DNA of 44,488 bases from Nemertoderma westbladi (taxonomy: Eukaryota; Animalia; Xenacoelomorpha), in the NCBI GenBank assembly GCA_032718475.1, contig JAUCBJ010000119.1, positions 1 through 44,488 on the forward strand. Direction: 5' to 3'. Positions 1 through 11,370 of this stretch are shown here, piece by piece. A model generated the notes under the pieces. That model worked only from the letters and a program-made list of their open reading frames with translations. It did no database searches and had not been told where the DNA came from. The translations under genes and the position numbers were made by a program. Position 1 is the first letter of the stretch, and each line of letters starts with the position of its first letter.

Positions 1-55
1 TTTAATGTAAAAGATAATAAAAATAACGGGGCAATTCAGCAAAGGCTTTTACAAT
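1..55. repeat. Left copy of a 55-bp perfect inverted repeat shared with 44402-44456
   Basis: 1-55 (tttaatgtaaaag...ggcttttacaat) is the exact reverse complement of 44402-44456; the left copy is cut by the window edge. Confidence 0.95.
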
Positions 56-112
56 GGCTTTTCAGTAAATTTAATAATATTTGAAATATTATTAAATTTA
101 CTGAAAAGCCAT
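54..112. repeat. Perfect AT-rich palindrome, 29-bp arms with 1-nt spacer
   Basis: atggcttttcagtaaatttaataatattt-g-aaatattattaaatttactgaaaagccat. Confidence 0.95.
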
Positions 113-1536
113 GACAGCATGACGACCAGACCATATTTTTATTAAGAACAGTTAACTTATTCTTAAAAACTAGTACTATAGGCCAGTAGGCCCTACTACC
201 ATATGGAATCATAACAACATGTATTGATAACATAAAAGTATTGCAAAATGACAGTAGGCAAATTTCAATTCATGTCATTTAAATTAAGGGACGTAAAATT
301 TAAATGTGCTTCCGTTTTTTAAATACCTTATTTACAAATCGGCGATTTCCATTTAGTTAAATGTCGCTTCGTGAAACAATCCCCCACCCCACACCATGGT
401 ATATTATTTTATAAACTGCCACATTTTGAAATTGAACTAATTATGGTACCGGTACATTATTAAATACACTTTTTTGATTTATTGAAAGTAAAAAAAAAAA
501 TGTTTTTTTGCTAAAAAAAATAAATGTTCTAATTAATTACATTTCAAAGTAATTTTCATGGTATTAATAATAATATTGAATTAAAATACATAACCACCCA
601 CAGGTTATTTAGTTGTGACTCGGCAAGACAAGCTACGCAATATCCAATCACGTTGGTCAGTGTACCCAGAAAAAATTACATAATTCATTATATTACATCA
701 GAGTCTGAGTGCCTATCTTATTTATGCTATCTTTCATTGGTATATATTGAACCCTGCTTGACAGGCAAGGCACAGCGACGTTGTCTAACCAAAGCACAGA
801 AACCAAGGCGGGAGCCAGTGGGCGCCCCCCTGCAGTGGTCAATTGGGCTCCATTTCATTGCGTTACATTACAGACTATTAAACTGGTTGAGAGATTATAT
901 AATATAGGCCTAAGTAATAAGCTGGCTCTCTAAGAACATTGTATGATATTATGATGCCTTATCATGGGGGCGGGGGGGGGGGGGGGGGGGGTCTGAGGGA
1001 ATTATTGGTAGTGTGGCTGGAGGCCTGGCTACAACACTTTGATGGGGTATATGGTCTCCTTTCTACTACTTATTTTCTTTGGGCAACCTGCCTGGGATAA
1101 TGTGGATTGTATTTGGTCTGGGGTCGGGCTCATTTCCAAAGCAACTTCAACTTCGAATATTTTCTTATATTCGGTTTATTGCACTTGTCATTATAATTTT
1201 TTCAATTTAACGGAACTTGACGATGGCAAAATGCTCTCAGAGTTAGTGTAAGTTGGAATCTCCACGGTAGGGTCCCGGGACCCTGGGACCCTACCCTCGC
1301 TACGCTAGTGATTAGCATGTTTGTGGATTTGTTTATTTTTTGTAATTATTTTCAAATTTAATCAAAATTATCGTTATTAAAAACCGTTTTTTTTATTTTG
1401 TATATTTTTATTTATAAAGTACGGCTCTACCTCGAGTGGGAATATTGAGTTACTTTATATAAATTTGCTAGTGTTAGACGTAGAATGAAATAAAATGTTT
1501 CTTCATTATTAATTCGACGTACTATATTCTCTGAGT

Positions 1537-2207
1537 ATGCCGAAAGCTAGCCAACCTTGGTCGCCATGGTTACCAATAGACCACACGTGGTATTACCATA
1601 GAAACGAGGCGCCACCATTGGCAATCCGAGAGAACACGACTGCAGGGGATATGATGACAGATATCTACCGACACTCTGGCAACAATAATGTTCTGGAACT
1701 TTCGCAAAGATATGACGCTTCTACCTACAGAATACCGCCGGATTTCCTAAACAGATCGAGGCGAAAATATAAAACTGGTAACCCTTTTTCTTTCCACGAC
1801 AACCGACACCAGACGCGCGACTACGGGGATTATTTCGACGATAAGTTTAAATGGGAAGTTTAAATCCTACGGAGATGCGGCAGCATCTGTCTTCGAACCA
1901 CTTCGAGTGGGTGAGTGACACAGCTGGGCGAGGTATCCGGCCATACACGTCGGTTTACCGGAGGATTTTCAACCGAGTCTCGTCTGTAACCCCGGATACT
2001 ACCGCGGGGATATCGCTTGATATCCCTCCCGTATTCCGGGCCGCCACCTCGGAATCATACCGACCCCACTCCCGCTTCCCCCGTGTCTACCCGACCCCCG
2101 TAGTCAGGGCGACTGATCGCTCGGAATATATCCGGGTTGGTATGACAGCCCCTGATTCCGGTTCATTTAGGACTCCTCTTCGCTCCCTCGCAACACTTAG
2201 GACTTAA
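1537..2207 (+). CDS. TEX36: TEX36-like (HDNR-domain) protein, intronless, split by one frameshift near 1849-1851 (pseudogene or sequencing error)
   Basis: ORF 1537-1863 carries NPFSFHDNRHQTRDYGDYFD (HDNR motif). Overlapping ORF 1851-2207 continues the family motifs RQHLSSNHFEW and SRFPRVY in the expected order. AATAAA at 2274-2279. Family assignment is from recalled motifs. Confidence 0.75.
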
Positions 2208-2712
2208 GGTTCACCTTAGCTAAGGTTGATTTATATGCAACCGGCCCCTCCTGGTCTAACAGCAAGTTAAGTAAATAAAGTTAAGTTATTGCAACTATAA
2301 TTTATTAATATATTGTAAATATTAACCAAACATAAACCAATAACCCATAACCATCACACATATAAACTGGTAACATATAGCAGAATAGCCAAGATTCAGT
2401 CTCTTCTAAAACTCATTGGGAATTCAAACTGCAAAATAAACAATAAAAACGTTAAAGTAAATAATTTTATAGTAAATAACGATATTTATTCAGGAACTCA
2501 TTATTATTAATTATTATTATTAACTTTTCAGCCAAATATATTATTATATTTTATTTATATTTATTTATATTATATTTAAATATTTTTTATTATTATTTTT
2601 TTACATTATATTAATGTTGTTTATATATTATTTATAATTAAATGTAAAAGATAGTTTCCAACGCAACTCTATTGGAATTATTTAGTAATTTTATATAAAA
2701 CTTACAGTTTTA

Positions 2713-3402
2713 CTAAATCAAAATCTTCATTTCAACTCGAGAAGCCGGATTATATCCAGTAAAATAAAACCAATAAGGTCCTTTCTTATCCTTCCCACCA
2801 TATTCTCCGTTCAAGTTACTGTAAGCGCAGTGATAGTACCACCACGACCCAGTACGATCTACGGCGCAGTTGAGGGAGTCATTGTCATTATCGCGGTCCT
2901 TGGTAGAGAATGGAGACCCGTTGTGATTCTCCAATGCGTCACCAGCAGAACCATGGTAACCGGATACCTGTAGGCGATAATTAGTTGCAGCTGATCCGAT
3001 AGAGAAATTGATGTATTCCGCGTATTTGTGTTCGTTGTTGTAATCCACCAACTCCCCTCTATCATCACCATCACCACCTTTATGTCCCCTTCCAGTGAAC
3101 CACAAATCGACTCTCAACTTCACCCCGCCTTCACTCAGCTTGTGGATCGCCTCCAACCCCAACCAAAAGTTGGTATTCGGGTCGCCAAATCCTTCAACAT
3201 ATTCATCCCAGTTTTGATAGAAGTCAACAGATCCATCAACTCTTTGTTGAATCTTCAGCCCATCTTTATGCTTTAATAGCCCAGGAGCCATTTGCTGATA
3301 CAGTGTAATGGATGGAATCACTATCTCTGTATCATGTAACATGGAAACGAACTCTGTAAACTGGTCTTCCAACTCTTTATTCTGTTGTTCCAACTCTTTA
3401 AC
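2713..3402 (-). CDS. Fibrinogen-related protein (FReD), last coding exon with fibrinogen C-terminal domain
   Basis: IQQRVDGSVDFYQNWDEYVEGFGD, FWLGLEAIHKL, YRLQVSGYHGSAGDAL, FSTKDRDND, NCA...WWYYHCAYSNLNG; phase-0 acceptor tttcctaacag at 3403. Confidence 0.93.
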   Translation of the reverse strand, partial: VKELEQQNKELEDQFTEFVSMLHDTEIVIPSITLYQQMAPGLLKHKDGLKIQQRVDGSVDFYQNWDEYVEGFGDPNTNFWLGLEAIHKLSEGGVKLRVDLWFTGRGHKGGDGDDRGELVDYNNEHKYAEYINFSIGSAATNYRLQVSGYHGSAGDALENHNGSPFSTKDRDNDNDSLNCAVDRTGSWWYYHCAYSNLNGEYGGKDKKGPYWFYFTGYNPASRVEMKILI

Positions 3403-3971
3403 CTGTTAGGAAATATTATTAATTGAAATTGTTTATTAAATTCTGTAAATCCTCTGCACACATCTGATCAGTGGTTGGGTTGGAGTTCTCTAGGGATATC
3501 ATTAAAACGTCGGCATTTCGACCCAACATTTAGAGCAATTAAATACTAACTATATTACGTCGTTTCTCATAAAATAGCACATTATAGCGTTACGGCACGA
3601 GTGATTTTGTTTAGTGAAATAATAAAACGAGGGCCGTAAAAGATTTAATATGGTAATTATGAACAACGGCGAATCGAATTTTATTTATTTGTGGGGAATT
3701 ATTTGTAGTTTTGCACTTAAACTTTCTAGAATAACCAATTAATGACGCGGTGACATACTGGATATACTGAAATACATAGTAAATGTATGGCGTAGGGACA
3801 TACTGAGAAATAATGTCGCACTGCGATATAAAGTTAGGAAATATGTCGTCCTGGCGATTTGATAGTGCAAAATTAATTCCATACAAATAAATAAAAACAT
3901 AATAATAAAACAGAAGGACTTCAACACGGCAAATAATTATGTTACAAATAATTACTGGTTAAGAAACTAAC

Positions 3972-4097
3972 ATCGTTCTTTAGCTCATTATTTACATCGA
4001 CTTGGTTAGTTAGCTTTGTATTTAAATCTTTTACTTGGTCATTCAACCGTGTAATATTTCCCTCCAACTCTGTATTCTGTTGTTCCGGCTCTGTAAC
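3972..4097 (-). CDS. FReD exon 3, coiled-coil (42 aa)
   Basis: Acceptor tttcctaacag, donor GAT|gttagt, 126 nt, phase 0/0; heptad-like VTEPEQQNTELEGNITRLNDQVKDLNTKLTNQVDVNNELKND. Confidence 0.8.
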
Positions 4098-4129
4098 CTG
4101 TTAGGAAATATTTTTATAACTTTTATGAA

Positions 4130-5890
4130 ATTGTCGCGCTCTCGTCACCGTAGTAATCATAATTGAGTTGAGATAATGTCTGGGAGACCTCAGGTGACCA
4201 AAAAAGAAAGGGTAACAACACGTTCGTGGGGACTTCGCGCAGCACGAGGCCTAGTTATTATATACAAATTAAAATGCAGCGACTGTATCACAAAATCAGG
4301 TTTTGAGAAATTTACCCACACCACCAATCAATCAAAGAAAGGTGGACAGTACGTGTTCAACCCTTTTAATCTCCCCCCCCCCCCCCCCCCCCACCCTTCC
4401 CAACCACCAATACATAACCGCGACATCTACCACCCACGGAAGGGTAGCACGAACTTATTTCCAATCGCACGTTAAATATGCAAAGCCAGGTGGTTTATAG
4501 GAATATAATAAACGCAGTACTCGTTTTCATTATAAGCCTCTTTGCGTTCGTCCTGTTTTGTATTTAAATATATTTCTTAAACGCAAGCTAGGACGATCTT
4601 TATAATAATAATAACTAGGGATGCGATCAATATGTGAAGCCAGGTGGTTTATATAATAATTTAGTCAACGCAGTACTCGTCTTCATTATATGCCTCGTTG
4701 CGCTCGTCGCTTGTCCTGTTTTGTCATAAAATATTTTTCCTAAACGCAGACTGACGATCTTTATACAGTTATAACTATGCGAAGTTTCGAAACTGTGCGA
4801 GTAACTGTTGATACATCTATGTGGAGATGTGTGATATTTGGAGATGTGTGATACAACGCCAACGCATCTTATGCCGATGTAGTAATATGGGTATTGAAAT
4901 AATATTAAATCAATGTACACTCTTAAAGCTGCAGCGAAAAAATGTAGCTAATTTCCTAGGTTACATATAAAATAATAATATTATTTTTAAGAACATTAAT
5001 TTTACTACTTTGCAAAAATTCAATTAAAAAATAACCAGACATATACATTGTGGAATAAACTATTTCAGAAGCCTACAACAGCCATGCCATGGATTGTATT
5101 TATGTTATTATATCTGTCATTTAACTGAGATAGCAATAGTAGTAATAGTCGAACGGTTATGCGGCCCGTCCAGCCTATAATAAACACAATTCAGTGATTG
5201 GGCTGGAATAGCAATACTGGTTGCCTCTATTACAATTCCTCTCAGGTTAGTCTACAGCCACAACTCCCAGCAGCTAGCTCCACACCAGCAGAGACTTGAC
5301 CAATAATGGGAAGGATTAAATTTGTACTCAATAATTGTGCGGTTTAATTACGTTTAGATCAATTAAAGACACATTTATTAAAGCAAATCACTTAAACTAA
5401 TTAAAAACTATAATAGAATGGCGTATGGGGATTATATCTGTATAATTTTTAAGTATAATTATTTAAATCTTATACTGTAAAACAATTAATTTCCTTTAAA
5501 AGGCAGGTTGAAAATGGCGTTTTCACCGCAATCAACTTAATTAACTAATTAACTGCTATTATCTTAGCTTCTCGAAGGCCACACGGAAATTCTACTTGGA
5601 AAATTTCTAAACTTTTGCCAAACAACATGTGTACCAAGTTTGGATAGATTTCATCAAAGATTGGCCGAGTTATTAACGTTTAAAATTGAACACGACAGAA
5701 CGACAGAACGACAGGTTGATTAATGGTACCACTACGCTAAGGCTCACTTACTTCGTGGCTCGCCCCACAGTTACGAGCTTTCACCCAACAGGGCTTGATG
5801 AATGGCTTGAAGATGCCCTGTTGGGTGAAAGCTCGTAACTGTTGTTACCCTTTCTTTTTTGGTCTCCCAGACATTATCTCAACTCAATTA
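4130..5890. mobile_element. Composite intronic insertion with about 50-bp inverted repeats, bounded by an 18-bp direct repeat
   Basis: IR 4160-4220 / 5840-5890 (left copy has a 10-nt insertion); ttttataacttttatgaa at 4112-4129 and 5891-5908; diverged internal duplication of about 150 bp at 4476-4765. Confidence 0.55.
5767..5842 (+). repeat. Perfect 28-bp-arm hairpin containing a hammerhead-like (Penelope-type) motif
   Basis: Arms 5767-5794 and 5815-5842 are exact reverse complements; loop plus right arm reads TTGAAGA-tgccc-tgtt-gggt-GAAAGCTC. Confidence 0.6.
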
Positions 5891-5997
5891 TTTTATAACT
5901 TTTATGAATTTAACTCAACTTGTCACCACTTACAATATCTATGAAATCGCATGAAATTACATTTAAAATAATAATTTAAAATAACTAATAAACTTAC

Positions 5998-6027
5998 AAT
6001 AATGGCTCCACATTGTCCTTCATTTGC
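5998..6027 (-). CDS. FReD exon 2, 30-nt micro-exon (ANEGQCGAII)
   Basis: tttattattacag|...|gtaagt; 30 nt keeps the frame between exons 1 and 3 and supplies a plausible signal-peptide cleavage region. Confidence 0.65.
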
Positions 6028-6281
6028 CTGTAATAATAAATAAATTATAATTAGCTCTGCCGTGCAATGTAAAAAGACCTTAAGTCGCATTTTTTTGAAA
6101 TTCACATTTTCTGGGTCTAAATAATGCGCTCTATCTAATGTTATAATCGAGAACACCGTATCCACTATACATAGTTGTCGAGATATGCAATGTAGAAAGG
6201 CCGTAAGTCACAACATATGTATAGTGTTACAAAGGAAAAGACCGTAAGTCGCAATTCAGTTCACATTTTCTGGGTCTTAAA

Positions 6282-7660
6282 CAGGGGCGCCGGAAGCAAA
6301 TTTGTGCGACGGGGGCAGCTGCTAAAAAAGGGCACTTTTTATAATACGATAATAATATTAGAAAAAAAGTTACACAAAATTCAAATGGGATGTATTTAAT
6401 AATACTTATTAATTAACAAGTTTGAATTGTAAACATTTAAATATGTTGTTGTGTGTAAATATGAATGTTGTAAATATGTTGTAAACATGTTATGGAACAA
6501 GTGTTAGTTATCAATTTTGATAAATATTTTGGTTATAGTACACGTTTTTTTTCTAGAACATTGTTTGGAAAAAATACCATACTGTCAGAAGGTCAAATAT
6601 TTGTTCTAGAAAAAAAACCTCATGATAAAAGCCTTTTTATAAGAAAAAATTTGGTCAAACTATGACAGTATGGGTAGCCTACCCAGGGTATAGTGATGCC
6701 GTTATTTCACTATTGAAGAAGCTTCGTGAACGATATTTATGCTGAAATAGGCCCAGATAAAAGTTAGAAGACTTACAACAAATAAAACGACGTAAGTGGT
6801 TCAAAAAGTAACATCTTTTGTCTTGCTTTCTTATTTGTCTCGCTACGCTCGACAAAAAAAGCCTACTTTTTTGCCACTACTTAAATAGTTATTGTAACAA
6901 CTTATTGCTCCATCTTTTATTAAAGAATTAGACAACAAAAATGTTCCAATTTAAGAATAAAATTACGTAGGCCTATTACATAGGAAAAAAAGTAGAATAT
7001 TTTTTTAATATTCTCTCGACCCTGTATTAATCTCGCTGACGCTCGGTAAATAAAATGCCTCAACATAACACAGTTTATTCTTAAATTGTTACGTTTTCGC
7101 TCGAATATACCCCAAAATCGGGAGAAAAAGTTTCACCTTTATTCCATAGGATCTAATACGAACTCAATATCCAATATTAGTATATGTAGTTAAGCGGCTC
7201 TCTAGTTACGTAATAAATATTCGAGAACACTACAAATTATTTTAACATTGAGTAAGGTAACATCGAGAGTTGAAGAGTACGCCGAAGGAGGAAAGGAAAG
7301 GGTTGCCAAGTGGTCAATTAGTCTCCACTTGCTTCCATTGTCCAAGTCACAAGGCCATATTTACAGACTATGCTGTGGTAGAGATAGACTGGCTTTCTGT
7401 GAACTTGATTTTATATCATCCACGGGGGAGGACGGACTGGGCCGAGGTGGGTGGGGGGCATTATTGGTAATATTCGGTCTGGCTGCTAATGTAACTTTAA
7501 CATTTTTGCAACGATTTTACATTAATTTATTGTCAGATAGTGAGATAGTGTGGGCCGTTTCCGTTGTGTGAGTTAATTCTGGAAGGGCACATTGCTGCCC
7601 CCCCCTGCCCCCCTGTCATCCGGGCTGGGGGCAGCTGCCCCCGTGCTTCCGGCGCCCCTG
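6282..7660. mobile_element. Non-autonomous hAT-type DNA transposon
   Basis: 17-bp TIR caggggcgccggaagca / tgcttccggcgcccctg, subterminal cgggggcagctgc inverted pair, 8-bp TSD gtcttaaa (6274-6281, 7661-7668). It interrupts the second unit of a tandem duplication of about 160 bp (6100-6281 / 7661-7790). Confidence 0.9.
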
Positions 7661-8659
7661 GTCTTAAAAATGCGCTCTATCTAATGGTATAATCGAGAAC
7701 ACCGTATCTACTCTAGTTCTCGAGATATGCAATGTAGAAAGGCCGTAAGTCACAACATATGTATAGTGTTACAAAGGAAAAGACCGTAAGTGCAATACTT
7801 ACGAATGACCGCAACTACTTAAATTTACTGTATGCAAAAAAACCGTAAGTCAATAAGACTTGCGGTGTTTTGTCATTGCACAGATAATAAGAAAACGCAA
7901 ATACGGTTTTATTGAAATATGTTGTATCTTGAAATATGTATTTTCTGTACATATAGGTTGTACAATGCAAAAATACCGTAAGTACAAAAAATAACTCTGA
8001 CGTCAAAATATTAATGGAAAGTGAAAAATAATCACGTAGAAAAATCCCCCCCCCCCCCCCCCAATTGCGTAGGGTTATAAAAAATTATTAATTTACGGAC
8101 ATTTTACACCAACAATCTCGAAATGACTTTTTGTGACTTGCGGTCTTTTTCACATTACACGGCAGAGCTATTGATGAAATAATAATACATTTATTTACTA
8201 AATAAATAATAATACTGGTTAAGTTATTAAGTGTTATCATCGCTAATATTATTTTACATGCTACTCCAAAAAATGGGCCTGTCATAGAAAATGGCAGTGA
8301 TTTTTTATGTCCTTTTATTTAACTTTTTTGTCCTCCTTTTTTTACGAATTGTGCATAATGACTTTTGTTGTCCCTTTAATGACTTTTAATGTAGGTATTT
8401 CTTCAAACTGTCAGACAGTTGATTTCAAGATGCCTATGCCAAAACATTCAAAATTTGTTGATTTCTGGTCTGTCGGACAGTTGATTTCACTATGCCTGTG
8501 CCAAAACATTCAAAATTCCATTATTTATAGACTGTGAGATAGATTTCCATATGCGCCAGTGGTAAAAGACTCTAAATTTAATAGTTTGTGGTTGTTGTCG
8601 ATAATTGATTACCACATGACGTAGCAAAACACTCATTTTGTAGCCATAAACAATTACCA

Positions 8660-9245
8660 ATTGATGGAAAGGAGCAGGTTAAGGCCGGATTTTCTAATCA
8701 AAACAATAAACAGTCACTTTACCAAATGAAGGAAAGGAGCAGGTTACAGAGGTTAGCCTTTCTAACCAAAACAATAAACGGTCACTTTACCAAATTAGGG
8801 AAAGGAGCAGGTTACAGAGGCGGGATTTTCTAACCAAAACAATAAACAATCACATTTCCAAATGAAGGAAAGGAGCAGGTTACATAGATGGTCTTTTCTA
8901 ACCAAAACAATAAACGATAACATTACCAATTGAGAGAAAGGAGCAGGTTTACAGAGGCGGGATTTCCTAACCAAACAATAAACGATCACTTAACTAATTG
9001 AGGGAAAGGAGCAGGTTACAGAGGCGGGATTTTCTAACCAAAACAATAAACGATCACTTAACTAATTGAGGGAAAGGAGCAGGTTATAGAGGCGGGATTT
9101 CCTAACCAAAACAATAAACAATCACATAATTAATTGAGGGAAAGGAGCAGGTTACAGAGGCGGGATTTTCTAACCAAAACAATAAACGATCACTTAACTA
9201 ATTGAGGGAAAGGAGCATGTTACAGAGGCGGGATTTTCTAACCAA
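8660..9245. repeat. 68-bp tandem repeat, about 9 copies
   Basis: Unit aattgagggaaaggagcaggttacagaggcgggattttctaaccaaaacaataaacgatcacttaact; 68-nt period (9003, 9071, 9139). Confidence 0.95.
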
Positions 9246-10386
9246 CGGTAACGGTATCAAACGGAAACGGTAACGGGGTATAACATGTATAAGTATGTAG
9301 TTTTTTCGACTACGTATGAGTTTATGAACTGATCTGTGCTGTTGGAAGTAGTGGTGCCGCTAGCAGTAACACTACACAGACAGTAGTCAAGATCCATTAT
9401 AAAACTGATAAATTATGTATGTGAAAGGTATATCCACATTTTCCACAATCCAGTTTGGCCTATCAATTATTTAAAATTTATTAGCACAACCGGTCAGCCG
9501 GTAGGCCTACCATTACCGTATTCAAATGGTAAGGCTACCCAGTAGGCCTACAGCAGTACCGGTGTCGGTACCGGTACTAAAATACCTAAAATACCAGCTT
9601 TATACCTACATTTGTACAAACAATACAGCAATACTGTAATACTGCAAAATAGTGCTCTATATACTAATACCGGTACTGATAGCAGCCTGGGAGAACAGCA
9701 GTAGAGAAACCGGTAGCATGGAACCTAACGGAAATTTCTGGAGGACATAAAAAGTAAAAAAAAAGGACATCATGAGTGATTTAAACGGTATTTTTTTTAA
9801 ACGTTATTAAAAATTATTGCGATAGAAAATGTTGAAAAATCCACCACATATTACAATATTACAAGAAAACTGATATGAGTTGGGGTACAATTGGTGTGGG
9901 GACAACGGGACAACAAATGTGGACATGGGAATAAGACGTGGCCAGGGAAACAGACGTGGACAGACGGATATCCAACGCGACATGGGGAGACCTGTTATGG
10001 ACAAGGTGACACCAAATGGTGGAGACGGGGACCTAACCTATATGGACTACTAGACAACTAAAAAGGACAACTGGACAACCAATGTGGATATCCGGACACA
10101 TCAGACTGGGGGAGGCCATAATAATAGCAAACCAGTCTGCAATACTCGACAAAAACCAAAATAAATGTGAACTGAATAACTAACAGACAGTTTGTGAGGA
10201 ACTGGCTGTTGGCTACGCAGTCATGTATGCGTTGTCAGTCTCTCTAGGATGCTAACCGTTTAAATACAATTCTTGTTTGTGGAATAATTCTGTGAGAAAA
10301 CATTTTTTTTTGTTTTGATGAATAAATCTAACATCCTTAATAAATAACAACGATAAATGAATACTTTATACAATAAATAAACTTAC

Positions 10387-10443
10387 CTTGAGTAGGAAAA
10401 GAGCTGACAGCAGAGAAAATAGTTTAAGACTTACGGGTAACAT
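10387..10443 (-). CDS. FReD exon 1 coding part, signal peptide MLPVSLKLFSLLSALFLLK
   Basis: aaaATG start, 57-nt hydrophobic stretch, consensus donor AAG|gtaagt, phase 0. The four exons join into an open frame of about 300 aa. Confidence 0.7.
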
Positions 10444-10499
10444 TTTTACAGTATTTTGTAAATAACTTTGTAACTAAAGTTATGATAATTTTCTGAGAG

Positions 10500-10536
10500 A
10501 GAATGGTTTTAATGCCTAAAACTCCTCCTATTTATA
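10500..10536 (-). promoter_or_regulatory. TATA box plus initiator of the FReD gene
   Basis: Minus-strand TATAAATA (10536-10529) lies 32 nt upstream of Inr-like CCATTCT (A at 10504), about 60 nt before the ATG. Confidence 0.6.
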
Positions 10537-10796
10537 CACTTTTGACAAAGGCAATTACTATGCAATGAGTAAAGTCTCATAAAAGGCAATCAAAGGCGGC
10601 AAGTATTAAGACCTTTATAGAACAATTATTAGTAACTACCTTAGTATAGATACCATTGTGTGTTAGTTATCACTTTAAATTACATTCTTATACATAAAGA
10701 CTGCTGCCGCCTGGCTACCAGTTGCAGTTACAGACAGACTGTGGGCATCTGGATATCAGTTAAACGAACGGATGAAGTGGTAGGCATTCACCAGCG

Positions 10797-11370
10797 GCAG
10801 CATAGTGTAAAGATGATAAAAAAATAAAGTGTTGAGGGTCTTTAGCTGGTTATATTATATTAGATAAAGATACAATAGTAAACGTTTTCGACCTACCGGT
10901 CTGCATCAGACTATGTACTGGCAACTAACAGGAAAAGGTGGGGGTCTATATATATATATATAAGTTTTAAAGGGGAATACCTGATAGGTGAATCCCAGAA
11001 AGGTTAACGTATATGTATGTACTGTATAACGTAAGGTAATTGTGATAGGGAAAGTACACCGAGTTAGTTGTAAGCTGTCAATCTAAAGTACAAATATAGG
11101 GTTGCAGGTTGGGTTATAAGGTTGGGAGAAGTTGATAGGGAAATCCCAGGAGTGGTCATGTGTCTACATACTGAATGGTATAATTGGATTAGGTAGGTTA
11201 CATAGGATTATGAGGTATCTACTTAAAGCGCACGGTTAGGTAGAATGCAACATAATGATAGCTGTAGTTTTTACAGAGTAAGAAATCACAAGAAACAGAA
11301 AAACCAAGACAAAAACAAAAAGGAAGGTAGGGGAAAAGCACATAAAAACCCCTGAAATTCGCTATAGAGG
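10797..11370 (-). mobile_element. Probable Penelope-like element terminal (pLTR) fragment
   Basis: (TA)n tract about 35 nt upstream of the hammerhead motif on the minus strand, a layout typical of PLE pseudo-LTRs; no ORF seen; boundaries approximate. Confidence 0.4.
10875..10914 (-). ncRNA. Minimal type I hammerhead ribozyme-like motif (Penelope-like element type)
   Basis: Minus strand: atagt-CTGATGC-a-gacc-ggta-ggtc-GAAA-acgt-TT-actat. Stem I atagt/actat, stem II gacc/ggtc, 1-bp helix III with palindromic ACGT loop; core deviates at A9 (C). Confidence 0.65.

Noticed and set aside
966-991. Long G/C homopolymers here and at about 4373, 8046, 11540, 12573, 13290, 31944 and 41603
   Set aside because: Simple runs of uncertain length, common in such genomes; no evidence of specific function.
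36-1251. Short ORFs (36-233, 653-907, 1039-1251) and similar 60-100 aa ORFs in AT-rich intervals
   Set aside because: No domains, non-ATG starts or repeat-derived; consistent with chance.
1843-1865. Programmed -1 frameshift at TTTAAAT, or a 14-nt GT-AG intron (1845-1858) restoring the TEX36 frame
   Set aside because: Neither heptamer is in X-XXY-YYZ phase, and 14 nt is far below animal intron size; a 1-nt indel is simpler.
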